Below, piece by piece: positions 1-6,847 of a stretch of DNA of 37,600 bases; the first letter of the stretch is position 1; each line of letters starts with the position of its first letter. Source of the stretch: a virus (taxonomy: Duplodnaviria > Caudoviricetes); the IMG/VR virus record IMGVR_UViG_3300035665_000120, positions 1 to 37,600 of that record; one strand, given 5' to 3'. The position numbers and the translations under genes were made by a program. The notes beneath the pieces are model-generated. The model was not told where the DNA came from and did no database searches. It worked only from the letters and a program-made list of their open reading frames with translations.

Positions 1-188
1 TATCCTCCAGCTGGACCTGCACGCCGGACGGGTCAGCATAGAACATGTACTCACGCTTGTCGTAGTCGTACTCTTGCTGCACTGGGCGCAGGCCGACCAT
101 GAAACCTGCCAGGGCTGCAACGTCCTTGGCGCTGGTGCTGGTGGGCAAGAGGAAGCGCTGACCGTTGATATTGATAACCTTGTTCATG
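1..188 (-). CDS. Early hypothetical protein, truncated by the window edge (MNKVININGQRFLLPTSTSAKDVAALAGFMVG...)
   Basis: Read by hand: ATG at 188, open frame to position 1, AGAAAGGATAGA RBS at 191-202. Confidence 0.8.
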
Positions 189-190
189 AC

Positions 191-275
191 TCTATCCTTT
201 CTAGGGTTGACTGCAGCACCGTGCTGCAGTGATGACATTATAGCACCGGTTTTTATCCCGGTGCTACATTTTTTT
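191..275 (-). promoter_or_regulatory. Early cassette leader 1: extended -10 (TGcTATAAT), leader hairpin and RBS
   Basis: TATAAT at 237-242 (minus). Palindrome ACTGCAGCAC-C-GTGCTGCAGT at 210-230. 9-bp IR at 241-249/258-266. Upstream A-tract. Confidence 0.7.
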
Positions 276-606
276 AACTAACTGTAATCTCGAAGGTCAG
301 GTCCTTAACTGTCTCAGTTATCAGATCGGTCAGGTCCAGGTCCTTCCTGACGTAGCGGTCGATATCGCCTTCAATGTCCAGGTGGACCGTGGCCCAGGTA
401 TCGAGGCGGTCATTCAGGTAGTTATCGGCCCAGTCCTCGATACCGGCGCTGATCCGGGAGTCCAGGTCTCCCTTGAGCCCTTCGATGGCAGCGGATGCGC
501 CTTCGGTGACTTTGCCAGCCAGTTCGGTCTGGACCCGCTGGGCGACATCGCTGACAAGCTTGTCATACAGTCCGCCGAGCAGGGTGAGCATTTCAGATTG
601 GTCCAT
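274..606 (-). CDS. Early acidic hypothetical protein
   Basis: ORF 274..690 trimmed to the ATG at 606 (MDQSEML), which follows the RBS at 611-622. Confidence 0.8.
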   Translation of the reverse strand: MDQSEMLTLLGGLYDKLVSDVAQRVQTELAGKVTEGASAAIEGLKGDLDSRISAGIEDWADNYLNDRLDTWATVHLDIEGDIDRYVRKDLDLTDLITETVKDLTFEITVS

Positions 607-610
607 GATC

Positions 611-702
611 TCTATCCTTTCTAAGGGTTTAGCTGCAGCGGCCGCTGCAGCAGACCACATTATAACCCAGGTCCGTGGCCCACGGGCCAATTGTATTTTT
701 TA
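611..702 (-). promoter_or_regulatory. Early cassette leader 2
   Basis: TATAAT at 659-664. Perfect 20-bp palindrome GCTGCAGCGGCCGCTGCAGC at 632-651. RBS at 611-622. A-tract plus CAATTGG upstream. Confidence 0.7.
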
Positions 703-960
703 ATCGGCCACCAGCGCCCGATCAATTTCGGACTGCAGGACCATATCGGCCGCTGCCCAGCACTCGGCCGGCTCGCCCTGGTCATCCGTGAACGTCACGC
801 CCTCATAAATGGGTTTGTCCAGTTCAGCGTAAACCGACTGCATGAGCGAGAGCACGGCAGCATTACGCGTGGTCATCAGGAACAGGGCCAAGGCTTTCGC
901 CCTGGCCCCCTGGGTGGTGGGATCATGGATCACGGCCAGGGCCAATTGTTCTATGTGCAT
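700..960 (-). CDS. Early hypothetical protein (MHIEQLALAV...)
   Basis: ATG at 960 with GGAGG upstream, 2 nt after the stop of the previous gene. Confidence 0.75.
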   Translation of the reverse strand: MHIEQLALAVIHDPTTQGARAKALALFLMTTRNAAVLSLMQSVYAELDKPIYEGVTFTDDQGEPAECWAAADMVLQSEIDRALVAD

Positions 961-962
961 GG

Positions 963-1229
963 TCAGGCCTCCGCGCCATACTGGCCCACCCAGCCCAGGC
1001 GGGCCAGGGCTGGGACCTTGGCCCACTCGAGGCCAAAAACGCTGGGGAAATATTCCGCCCCGGGCTCGACATACACGCGGCCAGTGCTGGCCGCGTGGCG
1101 GGGCGGGTGACCGCCGCAAAGCTCCGCCTTATCGCCCCTAAAGTCGGTGACAGTATCGCCCAGGCAAGCGGGCCGCGTAGTGCCCTCATGGACCAGGGTC
1201 CAGCCATCGCGCTCGATCAATTGTTTCAT
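963..1229 (-). CDS. Early hypothetical protein
   Basis: 88-aa ORF with GAGGGGG RBS, tightly packed in the operon. Confidence 0.75.
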   Translation of the reverse strand: MKQLIERDGWTLVHEGTTRPACLGDTVTDFRGDKAELCGGHPPRHAASTGRVYVEPGAEYFPSVFGLEWAKVPALARLGWVGQYGAEA

Positions 1230-1231
1230 GG

Positions 1232-1462
1232 TCAGGCCCCCTCGATTTCCGGAGGCAGAACCTCCGCATACGGGTTACCTGCGAACAGGCGGGCCAGGGG
1301 GACCATGGCAACATTGTCCCCTTCTTCCTCCTGGACCGCGCAAATCACGGCGACATATTCGCCAGTAACTGCATCGGTGCATTCCACCAGGGCAACATCC
1401 TTGTTCTTGAAGGCGCGTTTTATCGTCTCGAAATTTGAGACGTCTCCGGGCTTGAGGGCCAT
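1232..1462 (-). CDS. Early hypothetical protein (MALKPGDVSNFETIKRAF...PLARLFAGNPY)
   Basis: ATG at 1462 after the AGAAAGGATAGA RBS at 1466-1477. Confidence 0.8.
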   Translation of the reverse strand: MALKPGDVSNFETIKRAFKNKDVALVECTDAVTGEYVAVICAVQEEEGDNVAMVPLARLFAGNPYAEVLPPEIEGA

Positions 1463-1465
1463 AAC

Positions 1466-1550
1466 TCTATCCTTTCTTGATCCGGGGCACCGCGCCCCGG
1501 TCCGGGAATTATATACCAAAATTCACGCGTCAACCTAGGGGAAACCCGGT
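1466..1550 (-). promoter_or_regulatory. Early cassette leader 3
   Basis: TATAAT at 1508-1513 and TTGACG at 1528-1533 (spacing only 14). Hairpin CCGGGGC/GCCCCGG at 1482-1500. RBS at 1466-1477. Confidence 0.6.
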
Positions 1551-1578
1551 CCGGCTGCCGCCGGACCGGGTTTCCCGG

Positions 1579-1627
1579 GCCACGGCCCGGGGCCCATGGC
1601 CCCCGGACCACGCGCCATGCGCCACGT
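1579..1627. repeat. Degenerate heptamer tandem array (7 units, consensus nCCAYGS)
   Basis: GCCACGG CCCGGGG CCCATGG CCCCCGG ACCACGC GCCATGC GCCACGT. Confidence 0.6.
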
Positions 1628-1694
1628 TTTACGGGGCGAGCGGCAGGGACCAGGGGGCAGGTTTCCCCCTGCAAAACTAACCGGGGGAAACCGG

Positions 1695-1742
1695 GCAATT
1701 GAGAATGGTTTTCATTGGCAAATAGGACTGATTCTCAATTGC
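1695..1742. promoter_or_regulatory. 12-bp inverted repeat containing a Fur-box-like site
   Basis: GCAATTGAGAAT (1695-1706) pairs with ATTCTCAATTGC (1731-1742). TGAGAAT-G-GTTTTCA at 1700-1714 matches the 7-1-7 Fur consensus at 11/14. Confidence 0.45.
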
Positions 1743-1753
1743 ATCAGGCCGGG

Positions 1754-2713
1754 TTAAGCGGCGAGCAGTTCCATGGCCTTATTTTTCAGGGCTGCACCAG
1801 TGCCGAACCATGCCGACTCAAGGCGGGTTGACCCCTGCCGGCCGCGCTCATGGTCTACCATCTCGGTGACTGCGTTAAGCATTCCCCAGCGGGTCCCCAT
1901 GACTCCGGGGATATCGGACCCGATAGCCGAACCCTTGAACAAATCCATGATGCGGCGGTATCCCTTGGTTTCCGGGATATCAAGCCGGCCAGTATGGTAG
2001 GGCTCGAGCAGCGCCTTGATAAATTCGTCCGCCTCGGGCTCGCTCATGGGGCGGCCGGCAAGGGCCCGGGACTCAATCAGGAATCGCTCCCAGTTGTCCG
2101 CCACAATGCCCAGTTCAAGGCGGACCCGGTCCGCATCGAATCGCTCGGAGTGCAGCACCCGAACCTCTCCGGTAGTTTCGCCTGCCAGGGCCCGGACAAT
2201 GGTGTTATTGCACACTACGCGGACGGCCGTAAATTTTGCGACCGTGGCCATAGTCCCATCATAGGACGTTCCGAGCAAAAGGTAAGGCCGGACGATATCG
2301 CCCCCCAGGACCTCAGCGCCGGGGTTGACCCTTGCCAGGGCCCACACTCGGCGGCCGTGGCTCAGGGCCCCGGCGGTTTCGAGCTCAAACCCGCCGATGT
2401 CCGCAAGCTTGCCGAAAAACCCCATAACCTCGGCCGGCTGCACCGTGCGATAACCGTCCGAAACCACGGACAGGGCTGCCCCGGTATCGCTGCGATGCAG
2501 GACCTTGCGACCCTTGAAAACCTCGGGCTCAGTGGCCGCCTCGGTCCGATACAAAACCGGGGACTCGAGCACGGTATAGGCTAGTCCGGCCTGATGGGTC
2601 CATTCCTCGATTGAGGCCCCGGGCTGCAGCTGGTGGCCGAGGCCGTGCCATGGGGTTTGGCCGAGGTATGCCATAGCAGCGCGGCCGGTAGTGGTGTCGA
2701 TCATGTGAGCCAT
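1754..2713 (-). CDS. DUF932 / TIGR03299-like phage/plasmid protein
   Basis: 319 aa with family-typical motifs PWHGLG, ETAGAL..GRRVW, SYDG, RVVCNNT and T.WG.LNAVTE.VDH. Confidence 0.85.
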   Translation of the reverse strand: MAHMIDTTTGRAAMAYLGQTPWHGLGHQLQPGASIEEWTHQAGLAYTVLESPVLYRTEAATEPEVFKGRKVLHRSDTGAALSVVSDGYRTVQPAEVMGFFGKLADIGGFELETAGALSHGRRVWALARVNPGAEVLGGDIVRPYLLLGTSYDGTMATVAKFTAVRVVCNNTIVRALAGETTGEVRVLHSERFDADRVRLELGIVADNWERFLIESRALAGRPMSEPEADEFIKALLEPYHTGRLDIPETKGYRRIMDLFKGSAIGSDIPGVMGTRWGMLNAVTEMVDHERGRQGSTRLESAWFGTGAALKNKAMELLAA

Positions 2714-2716
2714 TTA

Positions 2717-2809
2717 TCTATCCTTTCTTGAGGGTGCCCCGCTGCACCATGCTGCAGGGTTGAATGAATTCTAGGCCTAAATCGGGCCCGGTCCAATTGA
2801 TTTTTTTAA
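2717..2809 (-). promoter_or_regulatory. Early cassette leader 4 (sigma70-like)
   Basis: TTGGAC (2791-2796)-N17-TAGAAT (2768-2773). CTGCA..TGCAG hairpin at 2742-2757. RBS at 2717-2728. A-tract plus CAATTGG. Confidence 0.7.
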
Positions 2810-2817
2810 TCGCGAAT

Positions 2818-2889
2818 CTAATCCCAATTGCCAAATTTATCTATCAAATACCACGCCACGAGGAACAGCAGCAAGACCACAAAAAACAT
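2818..2889 (-). CDS. Putative 23-aa single-TM micropeptide (MFFVVLLLFLVAWYLIDKFGNWD)
   Basis: Read by hand. Its ATG overlaps the upstream gene's stop (TAATG). Hydrophobic 16-aa stretch. Confidence 0.55.
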   Translation of the reverse strand: MFFVVLLLFLVAWYLIDKFGNWD

Positions 2890-3584
2890 TACTGAGCCCT
2901 CCCGATATCTCCGGCCACATGGTGGCGCAAAAAAGACCCCGGGGGCAGCGACCGAGCAAAAGCCCGCAGCGACTGCCCATCATCGGCCGGGGCCTGTTTT
3001 TTGACCCCGTGCCACTGTATCGCTGTAGGGCCGCTCGCGGCATAGCATCCGCCGCCAGCATCGGACCCGACTTTTTTAGCCCCGGTCCCGTGAGCAACAA
3101 AAACAACAACATCGGACCGTTCGGGCCTTGCGCACAGTGGGCGGCCGTTCCCGCACTGGGCACATGTAAAAGCTTCCGACAATTCGGCAGGGCAGCGATA
3201 AAACCGGACCCCGTCAACAGTGGCCGGCCAATTGTCGGCGGTATCCTTCGGGGCAGCATACACGGCGGGACGGCCGGCTTTTACCGCCGCCACAGCATCG
3301 GCTACGGTATCGCAGGACGCATTTATCACGGTTTGGCCCTTCTTGGCCTTCGGAATAGCAGCGGCCGGAAAATGCGAATAGGTCCAGGCAAGCCCCTGCC
3401 GGGGGACTGACTCGAGCAAGGCCTGCAGATAGCCCTCGTCGACCAAGGTCGCGCCCTGCTCACTCTTGGGGTGCAGCTTGCACGTTTTGGGGCACGTTTT
3501 ATAGGTTTCGTGCTCGCCACTGCGATACGTCACAGCAATAGGGCCGGTTTTCCGGTTACCGGACACGGGAACGGTTTTCAGCAT
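2889..3584 (-). CDS. Cys-rich DUF7227 / gp88-like protein (possible Fe-S or metal binding)
   Basis: Motifs N.KTGPI.V, TCPxxC, WTYSH, CPA..TCxxC..LC, AHGT, GCYA..GP and RH..AGD. RBS at 3588-3599. Confidence 0.7.
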   Translation of the reverse strand: MLKTVPVSGNRKTGPIAVTYRSGEHETYKTCPKTCKLHPKSEQGATLVDEGYLQALLESVPRQGLAWTYSHFPAAAIPKAKKGQTVINASCDTVADAVAAVKAGRPAVYAAPKDTADNWPATVDGVRFYRCPAELSEAFTCAQCGNGRPLCARPERSDVVVFVAHGTGAKKVGSDAGGGCYAASGPTAIQWHGVKKQAPADDGQSLRAFARSLPPGSFLRHHVAGDIGRAQ

Positions 3585-3587
3585 GAC

Positions 3588-3666
3588 TCTATCCTTTCTT
3601 GATTTGCCGATATGGCAGACGCCAGTTTACACTAGGCGTGCGTTTTGTGCATAGGTGAAAACCCTA
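3588..3666 (-). promoter_or_regulatory. Early cassette leader 5 with TAGG-N7-CCTA site
   Basis: TAAACT at 3624-3629, small TGCC/GGCA hairpin, RBS at 3588-3599, TAGGTGAAAACCCTA at 3652-3666. Confidence 0.55.
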
Positions 3667-4077
3667 ACCGGTTTCCCCCAGGGCCTGCACCAGTTCCGGC
3701 CATGGCATGCCCCGGCTTGGCCAGTCAAACAGGGGCGGAAGCTTCAGGCCGTGCTCAGCAAGGGCGACCGCATCGCGCCCATGGTAGAGGTAGATTCGGG
3801 GCGGCCGCAGCAGCGAGCCCTTGTAAAAAACCAGGACAAAGCAAGGGCGGCCCTTTAAGGCATGCCGGGTCAAAAAGGCAATTTGATGGGGCCGTAGCGA
3901 TACCTTCAAGCCCCGGGCGACCACTTTGAGCTCGACCGAGACAAAGCCGGAACCAATGCCCATAAGACAATCGGATATCCCGAGGTTTACCCGGTTTTCG
4001 ATTCGCTCGATGTCCACACCTAAGGGCAGCAAGCCCTCTCGGACCCGAGTTGCAAAGGCGGCTTCAGGGGCGGTCAT
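3664..4077 (-). CDS. VRR-NUC-like PD-(D/E)xK nuclease (putative resolvase)
   Basis: N-terminal E..F, RIEN...G.SD, VELK and LRPHQ..F motifs. Start trimmed to the ATG at 4077. Confidence 0.75.
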   Translation of the reverse strand: MTAPEAAFATRVREGLLPLGVDIERIENRVNLGISDCLMGIGSGFVSVELKVVARGLKVSLRPHQIAFLTRHALKGRPCFVLVFYKGSLLRPPRIYLYHGRDAVALAEHGLKLPPLFDWPSRGMPWPELVQALGETG

Positions 4078-4741
4078 CTTCCGGGCCTTTCGAGTTGTCC
4101 CGCTCAAAAATGTCGGGGGGAGGTTCTGCCACCGGAGCGACAAAAGCCGGGTCCCTATCTCGTTCTGCACTTTCAATCACTGCTCCCGTGCTGGCGTCGA
4201 TCAGGGCGGACGGGGGCGGCCCGCCGTACAGCTTGCGCAGTTCGTCCAGCTTGCGCTGCACTTCTTCCTTCGACATGGAGTCAATAGTACCGTGCCGGAT
4301 TTCCTTGCGGTCGACGTAGATTGTGCCCAAGGCCTGCCCTCGGCGGTATTCTGCCTGAACGGCCGCCGCATAAGCTCCGGCCTCGAGCGCCTTGTCCCGA
4401 ATCAACTGCAAGTCTCGCATGTGCCGCTCGTACGAGGTGTTGTACTTTGAGTTCAGCTGCGCCCGGTACTCTTGAATCGCAGCGACCACATGCGGGTACT
4501 CTTCCGGATTCGTCAGCTTCCAGGCCATGACAGAAGCCGACTTTTCGTTGTACCCCGCCCGGATGGCAGCTTCCTTCATGGTGACCCGGCCGTCCCCGCT
4601 CACAAGCTCAGTGACAAACTTCCACTGCTTAGAGTTCATGGTCCGCCGCTGCTTGCGCAACGGGGCCACTTCCCGGGACATCCGGGTACGGGCCTTGTCC
4701 GGCGTTACCGGGGCAACATTCCAGACATCCTTCTTGGGCAT
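4064..4741 (-). CDS. terS: Terminase small subunit
   Basis: HTH signature Q..FV.E......AAIRAGY...SA...A..L, helical oligomerisation region and C-terminal DSMSKEEV. Confidence 0.8.
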   Translation of the reverse strand: MPKKDVWNVAPVTPDKARTRMSREVAPLRKQRRTMNSKQWKFVTELVSGDGRVTMKEAAIRAGYNEKSASVMAWKLTNPEEYPHVVAAIQEYRAQLNSKYNTSYERHMRDLQLIRDKALEAGAYAAAVQAEYRRGQALGTIYVDRKEIRHGTIDSMSKEEVQRKLDELRKLYGGPPPSALIDASTGAVIESAERDRDPAFVAPVAEPPPDIFERDNSKGPEDDRP

Positions 4742-4956
4742 CAGGCCTTCCTCCACAGCCGCCACCCGCCTTCGACCTTGCGCAGGACAAAAGACCAGTC
4801 GGGCTGGTGGACCTTCACAAACCGGATCGAGGCCACCCGTGCAGAGTTGGCCTGCTCCTTGGATGTGAACCGGATGCTGTCCCCCGGCTGCATGTCAGCG
4901 AACGGGTACTTCGTCCGCGCCGTGGGCAACTCGATTCCCTGCTCAATTCGTAACAC
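4741..4956 (-). CDS. Small DNA-binding-like protein (YPF..M..GDS family), paralogue of 6974..7171
   Basis: GTG at 4956 after GGAGGATAG. Motifs KYPFADMQPGDS and G.RLWR. TGATG overlap with terS. Confidence 0.7.
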   Translation of the reverse strand: MLRIEQGIELPTARTKYPFADMQPGDSIRFTSKEQANSARVASIRFVKVHQPDWSFVLRKVEGGWRLWRKA

Positions 4957-4982
4957 AGCTATCCTCCGAAAAACTGCTGCCA

Positions 4983-5011
4983 AGTGTAAACAGGTTCCAA
5001 GCCCAAGTCAA
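4983..5011 (-). promoter_or_regulatory. Sigma70-like promoter for the terS operon
   Basis: TTGACT (5006-5011)-N17-TACACT (4983-4988). Confidence 0.7.
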
Positions 5012-5025
5012 TTCAAGAGGTTTCC

Positions 5026-5234
5026 TATAGGACTTTTAGGGGGTAACAACGATTTTATTTTTTTTGAAAGTGTCGCGCGGAGCCCCCCAGAAATATTCCA
5101 CTGAATCTCCCCCCGTAATGCTCCGAAAGGTCCTACAACCCGCATAAACACTGCATTCTTACGCCATTACGTCTATTACGTCTAAATCCACAAAAAAAAA
5201 AATAAAAACACACTCGACCCCTAAAAGTCCTATA
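5026..5234. repeat. Long imperfect inverted repeat flanking TTACG repeats; candidate replication origin
   Basis: TATAGGACTTTTAGGGG (5026-5042) pairs with CCCCTAAAAGTCCTATA (5218-5234). Inner T-tract and A-tract arms. TTACG x3 at 5159-5183. AT-rich and non-coding. Confidence 0.6.
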
Positions 5235-5301
5235 TACATTTCAAAAAAAGCATAAGACCCCGGTCCGTGGTCCATGATCCGTTATATAGCCTCCTCCCAC
5301 C

Positions 5302-5401
5302 TAGGGAAAACACCTATGTTTTTCTCAACTTTCCCTAACACGCCTACACCCATGTAAGCTAGACTAATCTCCGTATCTCATTCACAACCCAGAAAGGATA
5401 G
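5302..5401 (+). promoter_or_regulatory. Rightward promoter/leader with TAGG-N7-CCTA site and AGAAAGGATAG RBS
   Basis: TAGGGAAAACACCTA at 5302-5316, TAGACT at 5360-5365, RBS at 5391-5401. Confidence 0.55.
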
Positions 5402-5407
5402 TTACAC

Positions 5408-5653
5408 ATGAGCGACAAACCTTGTCAGATTCCTGACAATATCATTGATGATGCCAAGCGTCTGATCAACATCTGCTCTACCGAATTCGAGCAGCCCACT
5501 GAGGCCTTGTTCGCTTCGATCTTGGTCGTGGCGGTGATTGCCAAGGGTGCTGGCATGCCTTTGCAGACCCTGCTCGATGGCGTGGCTTCTGCGTACGCGG
5601 ACCTTGATCCCATGACTTTGGAAGTAGGAGCAAAGCCTCATGGAACCCACTAA
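5408..5653 (+). CDS. Hypothetical protein
   Basis: 81 aa with a strong RBS. Confidence 0.75.
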   Translation: MSDKPCQIPDNIIDDAKRLINICSTEFEQPTEALFASILVVAVIAKGAGMPLQTLLDGVASAYADLDPMTLEVGAKPHGTH

Positions 5654-5683
5654 GTCCCTCAAACAATTTTTCGGGAGCATGTT

Positions 5684-5959
5684 ATGACTGTGCCAAAAAG
5701 TAAAGTACCGTACCATTCTGGTCATCCTTCGATAGAGTACGAGTGTGATCTGCTCGGGGTGACGCTAACCTGCTTTTTCTTCTACGAGGCCCCGAGCCGT
5801 GGTCTTCGGTCCGAGGGGCTGCAGATGGAGCCGGACTACCCGGCTACGTACACCCTGATGCATGCCTACACGCCTGAGGGGCTCGATATCTCTCCGGTGA
5901 TGAAGATGGACATGATTGAGGATTTGGAAGAGGAAGCTTACCTGAGGTGGGAGGAATGA
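5684..5959 (+). CDS. Acidic hypothetical phage protein
   Basis: 91 aa, GGGAG RBS, EPDYP motif, ATGA overlap with the next gene. Confidence 0.7.
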   Translation: MTVPKSKVPYHSGHPSIEYECDLLGVTLTCFFFYEAPSRGLRSEGLQMEPDYPATYTLMHAYTPEGLDISPVMKMDMIEDLEEEAYLRWEE

Positions 5960-6189
5960 TGGAAGACCCGACAAAAAAGAAAAGTGACCAAGCTGCTGTG
6001 TTGAGCAGGAAGGCCGTGGAGTTGTTTTTTGGAGAGGGGGTGGACAAGAAGGTTGCTGCGGTGGTTGCAACGCGCCTTGCGGCCGGTTGCTGCCGTGCAG
6101 CGCAGATATCTGCCCACACTTCAACGGACATGTTTTTAACTTTCTACAAAGATGCTGATGAGTACTGGACAAGGAAATTCAATGACTGA
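5956..6189 (+). CDS. Hypothetical protein
   Basis: ATGA-coupled start, GGAGG RBS. Confidence 0.65.
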   Translation: MMEDPTKKKSDQAAVLSRKAVELFFGEGVDKKVAAVVATRLAAGCCRAAQISAHTSTDMFLTFYKDADEYWTRKFND

Positions 6190-6406
6190 TTCAAAGCCTT
6201 TTGTGTACACCCCTGAGTCTTCCGACTCGGATGTGGCGGTTCTGAGGATCACCATGGAGCAGCGCGGCTGTTTGGTGGAGGTCTGTGTTCCGGAGGTGGC
6301 CCTGCCTCCGGTGATGGAAATGAAGGAGTACATGCGCAATACCGGCGCGGACATGTACGCCCGCCTGTACCACATGATGCAGCAGCTTGAGAGGGGCGAG
6401 AAATGA
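6182..6406 (+). CDS. Hypothetical protein
   Basis: ATG at 6182 with AAGGA RBS; overlaps its neighbours. Confidence 0.65.
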   Translation: MTDSKPFVYTPESSDSDVAVLRITMEQRGCLVEVCVPEVALPPVMEMKEYMRNTGADMYARLYHMMQQLERGEK

Positions 6407-6696
6407 CCAGCGTTCTGACCCCTAGCAAAATCCCTGTCGCGTGGCTCGCGGTCAACGCTGTGGGACACAGGTATCTCCGGTTCAACCCCCCGGCTGTGAC
6501 CGTGGACCCTGAGCCGAGCCCCTTGTGCCTTGATCGGGACCGCAAGGCCCTGTGGGAGGCGCTCTATCGCATCCAGACGCATGCATTGATGGCTGCCGCC
6601 AACCCTGAAGGGGCTGAGGGCCATTGCCTGGAGATCATCAAGATTGCAGAAAAGGCATTGGTGGAAGATGGAGCCAGACACCAAGATGGTCCTTGA
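6403..6696 (+). CDS. Hypothetical protein
   Basis: 97 aa, ATGA overlap. Confidence 0.65.
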   Translation: MTSVLTPSKIPVAWLAVNAVGHRYLRFNPPAVTVDPEPSPLCLDRDRKALWEALYRIQTHALMAAANPEGAEGHCLEIIKIAEKALVEDGARHQDGP

Positions 6697-6847
6697 TGCG
6701 TGGCGCAAGCTGGTTGTTGAGAACTACCGGCTGCGTCTTCAGGTGGCCTTTTTACGAGGGGAGATCAGGCATGAACAACATGTGGAGAACCACAAGGGGC
6801 GAGTCGAAGGCGGGGAACATCGTGATTCACGTGACCCCCTTAAATGA
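6668..6847 (+). CDS. Small hypothetical protein (coiled-coil-like)
   Basis: ATG at 6668. Overlaps both neighbours, so less certain. Confidence 0.4.
   Translation: MEPDTKMVLDAWRKLVVENYRLRLQVAFLRGEIRHEQHVENHKGRVEGGEHRDSRDPLK

Noticed and set aside
188-3666. CRISPR array or integron attC cassette array
   Set aside because: The repeats are about 12-bp RBS/promoter motifs at irregular gene-length spacing. There are no attC R-box cores, no integrase and no cas genes.
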